DNA from: Gemmatimonadales bacterium
GTDB taxonomy: Bacteria > Gemmatimonadota > Gemmatimonadetes > Gemmatimonadales > GWC2-71-9
Direction: 5' to 3'
Length of the DNA stretch: 37,919 bases
NCBI GenBank assembly: GCA_041577295.1
Contig: JBFGJG010000044.1
Coordinates: 1-37,919 of the forward strand
Part shown: positions 8,906-17,176 of the stretch, piece by piece
Layout: each line of letters begins with the position of its first letter
Numbering within the stretch: position 1 is the first letter of the stretch
Program-made: the position numbers and the translations under genes
Notes under the pieces: generated by a model
What the model was told of the DNA's origin: nothing
The model's database searches: none
Seen by the model: only the letters and a program-made list of their open reading frames with translations

Positions 8906-9971
8906 CCGGTTGCGGAGGTGTCATGCTCTCCGTGTTCTTCTCCACCTGCTCTAATCCAGCGACGATCAGTACCCACTGAAGCTCCATTTGGTCACGCACG
9001 GGCATGGGCCGAAGGCCGGCCGCGTGGGCGTCGAGCCGCACGGATCGCAATTCCTCCGCTGTTGGCGAATCACCGAGGCGCGCCCGATACTCAGCGAGCC
9101 GACGCTTCCAATCCTGGGCGACGGGATCCGGGGGACCCAACGTCTCACCAACTCCCGGCGTGAGAAAGAGCGGCATCTCAGAGACCAACGTCAACGGATC
9201 TCCACCCAACCCCCTGATCGTTTCCATCGAGCTCGGACGAAACAGTTGCGCCGTAGCCTCGTCGCCCGCTCGCAGGAAGAACCGTCGCATCGCACCGGAA
9301 TCTGGCCGCGTCGTGAACCCTCTTTCCAGACGCACAAAGCCCTTCTCGCCACGACGCTCCACATCGTGCAACCCGTATCCCAAGCGCCCAACGGCATCCC
9401 GACATCGGCTCTTGAAGAGCTCACAGCGATCACGCCACGCCGGCTCGATCAGAAACCAGGGACCGGCGGCGAACGCCATGCCGTGCAGCGTCACGTGAAG
9501 GGCAAACCGCCCCGGCCCCCCGCTCCGCCACCACTCGGAGAGGGCCTGATTCTCCGGCCGCGCGCCCGCATCGTCTGGCGCTCGGGGAAAACCGAACTCG
9601 ATGTCGTCCCCGGGCAACTCGCGCACCACTTGGCTGAGATAGGCGGGAAGATCGTACGTTTCGTCATCATCCCCATACCAGGCACGGTTCTTCGCTTCGC
9701 CGTCCGGATTGACATGGGGAACGATCCACCATTGGTAGGCTGTGAGAAGCAAGTCGGTCGCTGGCAGCCCACCGAGATATTTGGCGAGGTGACGCAAGAA
9801 CCGTGGCCCCACGGGCTCGTCGGCGTGGCACCCGCCAATGAGGCTGACCGCCACGGGCCCGTGGCCAAGCCGAAATGCCCTGATTGGCCGCTGCTCTCGT
9901 GAGTGGCCGATTGCCGTGCCATCTTCTCGATGCACCCGTTTCTCGAGGATCGCGTTGAATCGATCGATCAT
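8889..9971 (-). CDS. M14 family zinc carboxypeptidase-like protein
   Basis: IGHSREQRPI, GGCHADEPVG (HxxE), VPHVNPDG, TLHGM (third Zn ligand), VSEMP. Confidence 0.82.
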   Translation of the reverse strand: MIDRFNAILEKRVHREDGTAIGHSREQRPIRAFRLGHGPVAVSLIGGCHADEPVGPRFLRHLAKYLGGLPATDLLLTAYQWWIVPHVNPDGEAKNRAWYGDDDETYDLPAYLSQVVRELPGDDIEFGFPRAPDDAGARPENQALSEWWRSGGPGRFALHVTLHGMAFAAGPWFLIEPAWRDRCELFKSRCRDAVGRLGYGLHDVERRGEKGFVRLERGFTTRPDSGAMRRFFLRAGDEATAQLFRPSSMETIRGLGGDPLTLVSEMPLFLTPGVGETLGPPDPVAQDWKRRLAEYRARLGDSPTAEELRSVRLDAHAAGLRPMPVRDQMELQWVLIVAGLEQVEKNTESMTPPQPVSGQP

Positions 9972-10037
9972 GAGCCGGCAGGATAGCGCGGGTCAGGCTC
10001 AATACGCAAACGTGGCCGCAGCACTCGCCCACTCGGC

Positions 10038-10724
10038 ATGACAGGAGCCACACGCGGGCGCTTCTATGCCCGCCTGAGCGACGCGTACAGCGATCGCATA
10101 CGTCAGCTCGTCCCCTTGTACGACGATATGCTGCGCTGCATCGTCGAGCTGGCGGCATTGCTAGAGCCGCGGCGCATTCTGGACCTCGGTGCCGGGACGG
10201 GGGAGGTGAGCCGCGGACTACTTCATGCGCTTCCCGAGGCGCGCGTGATTGCGATCGACCCGAGTGCCGAGATGGTGGCAGTTGCACGTGGCCAGCGAGA
10301 GTCCGTTGGCGATCGATGGTCGATCGTGAGAGCGGATGCGGACGGCATCGAGACGGTGGGAGGATTCGATCTCGTCACGTCCAATCTCGTATTGCACAAT
10401 CTCCCGACGAGTCAAAAACAGCATTTGTTGCGGCGAATCAGAACCTGGCTCGTTCCCAGTGGCGTGTTTTTGTGGGGGGACTTCATTCGGCACCACGATC
10501 CGCGCCTCCACGACCATTATATGGAACAGCGTGCCACTCACGCTGTGGCCGCGGGTTGTCCGCCCGAGATTGTTAATGCGAACTTCGACAAGGAGCGTCA
10601 CGAGGACTTTCCCTGCACGGTGGACGAAGCGATGGCGTTGGCACAGCGTGCGGGATTCGAGGAGCGACAGATCGTCTGGATGCACGATACATTCGCCATT
10701 TTTTGCATGATGGCACCGCGGTAG
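10038..10724 (+). CDS. Class I SAM-dependent methyltransferase
   Basis: IRQLVPLYDDML, ILDLGAGTG, IDPSAEM, FDLVTSNLVLHNL, L.PSG.F..GD. Confidence 0.9.
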   Translation: MTGATRGRFYARLSDAYSDRIRQLVPLYDDMLRCIVELAALLEPRRILDLGAGTGEVSRGLLHALPEARVIAIDPSAEMVAVARGQRESVGDRWSIVRADADGIETVGGFDLVTSNLVLHNLPTSQKQHLLRRIRTWLVPSGVFLWGDFIRHHDPRLHDHYMEQRATHAVAAGCPPEIVNANFDKERHEDFPCTVDEAMALAQRAGFEERQIVWMHDTFAIFCMMAPR

Positions 10725-10730
10725 TATCCA

Positions 10731-11474
10731 ATGGACCGGGAGCACTACGCAACCATAGCAGGGCGATATGCTCGTTTCAGGCCGCACTATCCGGCGGCCC
10801 TCTTTGCGTATCTCGTTCGACTTCCTCGGCAGCGCATTCGGGCGCTGGACTGCGGGACGGGGAACGGACAGGCCGCCTCGGGGCTCGCGCCGTACTTCCA
10901 ACTGGTTGCCGCGTGCGACCCCGTGCTCACACAAGTCCGCCACGCCAATCGCATCGACAATGTCCGGTATCTCGTGGCGGGCGCCGAATCGCAGATCTTC
11001 CGCGCCGGGACCATCGACTTGGTCGTTGCAGCACAAGCCGCACACTGGTTCCACCTGGAGAGGTTCTACCGGGTTATCGAGCAAGTGAGCACATCGGGCG
11101 CCGCGGTGGCCCTGTGGTGCTACGGACTGCTCACCGTCTCGCCAGACGTCGATCGGGTCATCCACCACTTTTACTACGACGTGGTTGGGCCGTACTGGTC
11201 AGAGCGGCGGCGTCTGGTAGATGACGGTTACAGCACTATGCCGTTTCCGTTTCGTGAGCTGGAGCCGCCGGAATTTTGTATGGAGGAAACCTGGCAGTTC
11301 TCTGAACTCATCGGATATTTGGAAACATGGTCCGCCGTCCGGAACTTTCGGGATCGCCGGGCGTCTGATCCGCTGGAAGAGATCCTGCCGGACCTGCGCA
11401 CTGCATGGGGTGAGCCGGGATTGCACCGGCGGATCCACTGGCCGCTCCACCTGAGGGTCGGCACAACCGCGTAG
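10731..11474 (+). CDS. Class I SAM-dependent methyltransferase (Methyltransf_11 type)
   Basis: YARFRPHYP, ALDCGTGNGQAA, DLVVAAQAAHWF, GYLETWSAV. Confidence 0.9.
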   Translation: MDREHYATIAGRYARFRPHYPAALFAYLVRLPRQRIRALDCGTGNGQAASGLAPYFQLVAACDPVLTQVRHANRIDNVRYLVAGAESQIFRAGTIDLVVAAQAAHWFHLERFYRVIEQVSTSGAAVALWCYGLLTVSPDVDRVIHHFYYDVVGPYWSERRRLVDDGYSTMPFPFRELEPPEFCMEETWQFSELIGYLETWSAVRNFRDRRASDPLEEILPDLRTAWGEPGLHRRIHWPLHLRVGTTA

Positions 11475-11529
11475 ATTGCGTCACGGACAGTCGGTCGCTG
11501 ACCGGCATGAGTCTCGAGCACGGAGTCCC

Positions 11530-12066
11530 ATGGTGGACGCGCTTCTCACGACCGCACGTCTAGAACTCCGACCGTACGATGTGAAGGATGTGGCCGGCCT
11601 GCATCGCCTGTGGACAGAGCCAGGGGTGCGGCGGTATCTCTGGGACGATGTCGTGATCCCGGTGGAACGGGCGTTGCAGGTGGTGGAGAGCAGCCGGGGC
11701 CACTGGGAAACTGCGGGATACGGCCAATGGACCGTTCGACTCGCGGGAACCTCGGAGATCGTGGGGTTTTGTGGCTTTCGACCCGCGGACTGGCAGCACG
11801 CGCCGGAGTTGCTGTACGGGTTGGCCACGCGGTATTGGGGCTGCGGTTATGCCTACGAGGCCGCGATGGCAGTGCTCGAGTTTGGATTTACGACGCTGGG
11901 GTTCTCATCGGTCGTCGCAGCGACCGACGCACCGAATGCCGCGTCGGTCCGGCTCATGGAGCGCATAGGTATGACGTTTGAGCGTCGAGGATCGCTCAAC
12001 GGACTCGACACGCTCTTTTACGAACTAACTCGCCACCGGTTTCTCACCACGAGCAACTGCGGGTAG
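11530..12066 (+). CDS. GNAT family N-acetyltransferase (RimJ/RimL type)
   Basis: LTTARLELRP, VGFCG, ELLYGL...YWGCGYA.EAA, NAASVRLMERIGM. GGAG upstream of ATG 11530. Confidence 0.9.
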   Translation: MVDALLTTARLELRPYDVKDVAGLHRLWTEPGVRRYLWDDVVIPVERALQVVESSRGHWETAGYGQWTVRLAGTSEIVGFCGFRPADWQHAPELLYGLATRYWGCGYAYEAAMAVLEFGFTTLGFSSVVAATDAPNAASVRLMERIGMTFERRGSLNGLDTLFYELTRHRFLTTSNCG

Positions 12067-12094
12067 GCGGAGGGCAAAATCGAACGGCCACAAC

Positions 12095-13237
12095 ATGCGA
12101 CGATTGCTCTTCATCCTCCTCATTCTCACGGCCGCCCCACCCGCCATCGCGTGTCGCGGTCAGGTTCCCGAGCGGGACCTTGGCGTCCGCACGCCGGCGG
12201 TCGTCGACTCGACATTCGTTCGGCTGGTCCACGCGCTTTCGGAACCCGGCGGATATTTCGATACCGACAACCTGATCTCGAATGAAGCATCCTACCTCCA
12301 CGTGCTGGGACCGATCCGAGAGCGGGGCGTGCGTGGTGGCGTGTACGTCGGCGTTGGGCCGGATCAGAACTTCTCCTACATCGCGGAGCTTCAGCCGGAC
12401 CTTGCCTTCATCATCGACATCCGGCGCGACAATCTTCTCCAACACCTGTGGTTCAAGGCGCTCTTCGAGCTCGCTGAGACTCGCGTACAGTACCTCGCTC
12501 TCATGTTCGGGAAGCCCACGCCCGCTGGGCGAAGCTGGTCGGAACGGACGATCGAAGAGCTGGTCGATTACCTAGACACGACCCCCACCCGGAGTGATGT
12601 CGTCGAGGCCAATCAGCGCGCCGTACGAGATCGTGTGATGCGTTTCGGCCTTTCGCTCTCGGGCGACGACCTAGACGCCATTGCACGGATTCACGGGACA
12701 TTTGTCTCGGCTGGTCCCGACCTCCGCTTCACCAGTCACAATCGGCCGCCGCGCGCCTACTACCCGACGTACCGTCAGCTCGTATTGGAGCGTGACCTGG
12801 AAGGTCGACAGTCGGGTTACCTGGCGAGCGAGGATCGCTTTCGCGTGGTAAAGGCCCTTCAAGACCGAAACCGCATCATCCCCGTCGTCGGTGACCTGTC
12901 AGGTGATCACGCGTTACGCGCCATCGGTCGCTACCTAACCGAGGTCGGGACCCGTATCTCGGCGATGTACGTTTCCAACGTCGAGTTTTACCTGATGCGC
13001 AACGGGACCTTTAGCCAGTTTGCCGGCAACGTCGGCCAGCTCCCGTATGATGAAAACAGCTTGATCATACGAAGCTACTTCGGTGGTTGGTACCGACGTC
13101 AGCATCCGCAGGCGGTCCCTGGTTACTTCAGCAGCCAGCTGTTACAGACCTTCGAAAGCTTCCTGCGGGGGCAGACCAACGGAGGGTACGTCTCTTATTT
13201 CGATTTGGTCACGCGTAACAGCCTCGATCTGCGGTGA
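12095..13237 (+). CDS. Exported conserved hypothetical protein with methyltransferase-like motifs
   Basis: Signal peptide MRRLLFILLILTAAPPAIAC. Motifs LSEPGGYFDTDNLISNE, GGVYVGVGPDQNFSYIA, FIIDIRRDN, IPVVGDL, MYVSNVEFYL. Confidence 0.75.
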   Translation: MRRLLFILLILTAAPPAIACRGQVPERDLGVRTPAVVDSTFVRLVHALSEPGGYFDTDNLISNEASYLHVLGPIRERGVRGGVYVGVGPDQNFSYIAELQPDLAFIIDIRRDNLLQHLWFKALFELAETRVQYLALMFGKPTPAGRSWSERTIEELVDYLDTTPTRSDVVEANQRAVRDRVMRFGLSLSGDDLDAIARIHGTFVSAGPDLRFTSHNRPPRAYYPTYRQLVLERDLEGRQSGYLASEDRFRVVKALQDRNRIIPVVGDLSGDHALRAIGRYLTEVGTRISAMYVSNVEFYLMRNGTFSQFAGNVGQLPYDENSLIIRSYFGGWYRRQHPQAVPGYFSSQLLQTFESFLRGQTNGGYVSYFDLVTRNSLDLR

Positions 13238-13337
13238 GGCCGCGCACAGGATTGCCGGGGGTCGTGACGTCTAGCGAAGCGCTCGCCATCGGAGCAGCTT
13301 GAAGGAGGGGTCAGTCGATCGATACGGAGGAGTTCGT

Positions 13338-14909
13338 GTGTTGATAAGTCGATACCGCGTCGCTGCCTTGGGGACCGCCTGCGTCCTGGCGATCACTCCA
13401 GTTCCTCGTGTGACGCTGGCGCAGGATCTCGGGCAGATCACGTTTCCCAACTCCGGTTCAGCACAGGCCCAGGAGGGATTCATACGGGGCGTGTTGCTGC
13501 TGCACAGCTTCGAGTACGAAGGGGCGGCCGCGGCGTTTCGCGACGCGCAGCTCCTCGACCCCAGCTTTGCGCTCGCGTTCTGGGGCGAGGCGATGACATT
13601 CAACCATCCCATATGGAATGAGCAGGATCGCAGTGCGGCCCAGTCCGTTCTCCGACGATTTGGACCAACTTCCGAGTCGCGGCGTCTGCGGATTCCCACC
13701 GCTCGCGAGCAAGCGTACTTCGAGGCCATCGAGGTGCTGTTCGGCCCAGAGGGATCCAAAGAGACCCGTGATACGCTCTACGCTGAAGCCATGCAGAGTC
13801 TGGTCGAGCGCTTTCCATCAGATCTCGAGGCAAAAGCGTTCTACGCGTTGGCGCTTCTCGGGCTCAGCCAGGGCGAACGCAATGTCGCCAGCTACATGCG
13901 TGCGGCGGCGGTTGCGCAGGAGGTCTTCGAAGCGAATCCCCGTCATCCTGGCGCCGCGCACTACATCATTCACTCCTTCGACGATCCGGTACACGCACCG
14001 CTTGGCCTCAAAGCGGCGCGCGCGTACGCGACGATCGCGCCAGATGCGCCTCACGCACAGCACATGACCACCCACATCTTCCTGGCGATGGGGATGTGGG
14101 ACGAGGTCGTGTCTCAGAACACGATCGCGGCAGGTCCGCACCCGTGGCGGCCAGGGCATTACACGTCGTGGTTGGGGTATGGATACCTGCAACAGGGACG
14201 GTTCACCGACGCCCTCGCCCAGCTCGAAGAGGTCTTTGACAATGTGGGCGCCAACGCGCCCCCCGGCCGACGTGCCTACCTGGCGGATATGCGGGCGAAC
14301 TACGTGATCGGTACGGAACGGTGGAACAGTTCCGTACTGAACTGGCAACTCGACTTTTCTGGAGTGGACTTTTGGGGCACGAGAGGCCGGGACGCGTTCT
14401 TGGCCGTATTTAGCTCCCTGAAGCGCGGAGAGCCCGTAGATACTACGAATGCCCTGAGCACCCTCATGCGAAGTATGGATGTGGACGACCGGTCTACCCG
14501 CATCCTCATGATGGAGCTCCGCGCGCTCTTCGCACTACGTGAAGGAAGGCTCGATGCGGTGCGCCATTGGATGTACGAAGCCACCGCATTGGAAGAAAAC
14601 ATGCCATTCGAGTTTGGTCCCCCCGTCGTCGTCAAGCCATCCCACGAACTCTTCGGCGAGATCTTGCTGGAGATGGGTGAACCGGCGGAAGCGCAAGCCG
14701 AGTTCGAGCTGGCACTCCGGCTCGCGCCCAATCGCACCTTGTCTCTGATCGGGCTCGGCCGCGCGGCGGCAGCGGCCGGAGACCACAAGACGGCGCTCAG
14801 AGCCTATACGACGCTGAGTGACGTCTTGCACCGCGCGGAGCCCAATTTCCCCCCCGTTGGCGAAGCAGAGCGCTACATCGAGTCGCGTCAGGTGAGCGAG
14901 GCACGCTAA
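13338..14909 (+). CDS. Exported tetratricopeptide-repeat protein
   Basis: GGAGGAG RBS then GTG 13338. Signal peptide. AQEGFIRGVLLLHSFEY, DPSFALAFWGEAM, HPGAAHYIIHSFD, APHAQHMTTHIF, and C-terminal TPR helices. Confidence 0.82.
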   Translation: MLISRYRVAALGTACVLAITPVPRVTLAQDLGQITFPNSGSAQAQEGFIRGVLLLHSFEYEGAAAAFRDAQLLDPSFALAFWGEAMTFNHPIWNEQDRSAAQSVLRRFGPTSESRRLRIPTAREQAYFEAIEVLFGPEGSKETRDTLYAEAMQSLVERFPSDLEAKAFYALALLGLSQGERNVASYMRAAAVAQEVFEANPRHPGAAHYIIHSFDDPVHAPLGLKAARAYATIAPDAPHAQHMTTHIFLAMGMWDEVVSQNTIAAGPHPWRPGHYTSWLGYGYLQQGRFTDALAQLEEVFDNVGANAPPGRRAYLADMRANYVIGTERWNSSVLNWQLDFSGVDFWGTRGRDAFLAVFSSLKRGEPVDTTNALSTLMRSMDVDDRSTRILMMELRALFALREGRLDAVRHWMYEATALEENMPFEFGPPVVVKPSHELFGEILLEMGEPAEAQAEFELALRLAPNRTLSLIGLGRAAAAAGDHKTALRAYTTLSDVLHRAEPNFPPVGEAERYIESRQVSEAR

Positions 14910-14921
14910 AGGCGCCTGCCG

Positions 14922-15638
14922 GTGAGCGGCATCGAGTTGCTCATCGCGAGCGCCGTCGTGGCACTCGGCGCCGTCGTGCAAGGGACCATTGGCTTTGGGG
15001 TTGGTCTCGTCGGCACGCCGTTGCTCCTGCTCATCGAACCACGACTCGTCCCAGGTCCACTCTTGTGTGCTGCCGGCGTGCTCACGGTGTTGCTCACACA
15101 TCGTGAATGGCAAGGCATCGAATTTCCCGACCTAAAGTGGGCATTGTCAGGGTATGCGGTTGGCATCGTGGCCGCTGCGGGACTCCTCGTGGCGCTCTCG
15201 ACGAAGCAACTCGCCATCACGTTCGGTGCATTGGTACTCCTCGGCGTCCTCCTTACCGCTGCTGGGTTTCGCCTGCGGCCGAGCCCGCGTCTCCTCGTGG
15301 GCGCGGGGGTGCTCTCGGGCATCATGGGAACTACCGCCTCGATCGGTGGTCCACCGATCGCGCTCGTCTACCAGCACGCCTCCGGCGCGCGTATTCGGGG
15401 AACGCTCTCGGCCTACTTCGTAATCGGCATCGTCATGTCGATCACCGGCCTCTCGTTAATTGGACGCTTTGGCAGTCAAGAGCTCCTGCTGGCCGTAGGC
15501 CTGCTTCCGGGTGTGCTCACTGGGTTCGTAATCTCGCACTGGACCTCAGGGATATTGGATCGGCATTACCTGCGCACGGGCGTGTTGTTGCTCTCGGCTA
15601 CCGCTGGCGTGATCGTCATCCTCAAGCACGCGCTTTGA
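14922..15638 (+). CDS. Sulfite exporter TauE/SafE family membrane protein (copy 1)
   Basis: Multi-TM. GAVVQGTIGFGVGLV, GVLSGIMGTTASIGGPPIALVYQ, IRGTLSAYF. Confidence 0.88.
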   Translation: MSGIELLIASAVVALGAVVQGTIGFGVGLVGTPLLLLIEPRLVPGPLLCAAGVLTVLLTHREWQGIEFPDLKWALSGYAVGIVAAAGLLVALSTKQLAITFGALVLLGVLLTAAGFRLRPSPRLLVGAGVLSGIMGTTASIGGPPIALVYQHASGARIRGTLSAYFVIGIVMSITGLSLIGRFGSQELLLAVGLLPGVLTGFVISHWTSGILDRHYLRTGVLLLSATAGVIVILKHAL

Positions 15639-15639
15639 A

Positions 15640-16365
15640 GTGCTCGATCTGACGTGGGCGGAGTTCCTGTTTGCGACCGCGGTGGTGGCCTGTGGCGCAC
15701 TCCTTCAGGGCTCGATTGGGTTTGGCCTCGGGCTCGTGGCTGCCCCACTGCTCCTGTTGCTCGATCCGACCTTCATCCCCGGGCCACTGCTCACCGCCTC
15801 CGCTGTCCTCACCGTTCTGCTCACATCTCGCGAGTGGCGATCGGTGAACGTCGGTGACCTCAAGTGGTCGATCTCAGGCCGGCTCGTGGGAGTGGTTGTC
15901 GCGGCGGTGGTTCTGGTGGTGGTGCCCCCGGAGTCGATCGGAATCGCCTTCGGTGTGCTCGTACTCGCCGCCGTTGCGCTCAGCGCATCGGGTATCCACC
16001 TGACACCAACACCGGGGCATCTCGTCTCGGCTGGCATGCTGTCGGGTTTCATGGGCACCGCTGTGTCGATTGGCGGTCCTCCCATTGCGCTGGTCTATCA
16101 GCGTGAATCGGGCCCACGGATACGGGGGACACTCTCGGCATACTTCCTCATTGGAGTTCTCCTGTCACTGACCGCCCTGCGCATCGTCGGACGCTACGGT
16201 CTCACGGAGCTATCGTTGGCCGCATCATTGATCCCCGGCATTCTCATCGGTTTCTTGGCATCGAAGCACACCACCGGAGTCCTCGACCGAGGCTACACGC
16301 GAATTGCGGTGCTCGTGGTATCTGCCGTTGCAGCGGTAGTGGCGATTCTCAGACAGATCATCTGA
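15640..16365 (+). CDS. Sulfite exporter TauE/SafE family membrane protein (copy 2)
   Basis: GALLQGSIGFGLGLV, GMLSGFMGTAVSIGGPPIALVYQ, IRGTLSAYF. Colinear paralog of the preceding gene. Confidence 0.88.
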   Translation: MLDLTWAEFLFATAVVACGALLQGSIGFGLGLVAAPLLLLLDPTFIPGPLLTASAVLTVLLTSREWRSVNVGDLKWSISGRLVGVVVAAVVLVVVPPESIGIAFGVLVLAAVALSASGIHLTPTPGHLVSAGMLSGFMGTAVSIGGPPIALVYQRESGPRIRGTLSAYFLIGVLLSLTALRIVGRYGLTELSLAASLIPGILIGFLASKHTTGVLDRGYTRIAVLVVSAVAAVVAILRQII

Positions 16366-16424
16366 CCGCAGCAGTCTCAGACTGGAACGATTGGCCAGCA
16401 TCTGCGTATGCCAGGAAGTACACC

Positions 16425-16703
16425 TTGCTCGAGGAATTCTCATGTCACCTAGCCGCGGGTGGTCCCGGCCATCTTCATGAATCCATCGAGATCTTTTACA
16501 TCTTGTCCGGCGAGTTTGACCATGTCGTGAACGGTAGATCGCACGTACTCACGCCGGGCATGGTTGGCATTGTACGACCCGGAGACCGGGTGCTGCATCG
16601 TGTGCTCTCGAACCAGCCCGTACGGGCAATCCTGGTGTGGTCGCCGGGTGGTGAGGCCGGACGCATTGCGCGGTTCTTCCGCCAGCACCCTGTCGAGCAC
16701 TGA
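16425..16703 (+). pseudogene. Cupin-domain ORF, probably 5'-truncated remnant
   Basis: Cupin motifs GHLHESIEIFYILSGEFDHVVNG and PGMVGIVRPGDRVLH. Only a TTG start with no clear RBS, about 15 codons before motif 1. Confidence 0.55.
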
Positions 16704-16789
16704 TGCATCGACGCTGCGCCGCGAAAATGCTTCCACTTCTAGCGCAACGGTGTCCGTGAGGCTAAAACCTTTGGGTGGAGGCTTCACAC

Positions 16790-17176
16790 ATGGGTAAACG
16801 AACGACGCCGGATCCGGACGGCAAGCGGTTTCTCGTTGACCGTCGCGTCAGCGATCGGCGGTATGGTGGTGACCGGCGGCGCCGCGATCGCCGTGTGCTC
16901 CACCTGCCTGTCGAGCGCGAGCGAAGGACCGGACGGGATCGCCGGGCCGGTCTCGACCGCCGGGCGCGGGTGGAGCGACGACTGCCCCCTGCGGCGCAGT
17001 TCTCATGGGATGAAACGCGAACCATCCAGCTGATGATGACGCGGCTCGCGCAAGATGTGGCCTGCCCCCGGTGCCAGGGGGTCTTGCTGCTGGGACCGTA
17101 TGAACAACACGGTGGCGTTGCCACGCGTGAGGTGCATTGCACCAACTGTCGTAACAGCGCCGTTATTGTGGACTAG
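16790..17176 (+). CDS. Small protein with eight [DE]RR repeats and a C-terminal CxxC...CxxC zinc ribbon
   Basis: GGAGG RBS before ATG 16790. DRRVSDRRYGGDRRRRDRR...ERRTGRDRRAGLDRRARVERR followed by CPRC...CTNC. Confidence 0.7.
   Translation: MGKRTTPDPDGKRFLVDRRVSDRRYGGDRRRRDRRVLHLPVERERRTGRDRRAGLDRRARVERRLPPAAQFSWDETRTIQLMMTRLAQDVACPRCQGVLLLGPYEQHGGVATREVHCTNCRNSAVIVD

Noticed and set aside
8988..11168. Long antisense/alternate-frame ORFs (e.g. 8988..9902 +, 10218..11168 -; likewise 19497..20534 + and 22288..23340 +)
   Set aside because: Shadow ORFs opposite well-supported genes, expected in high-GC DNA, with no family motifs.
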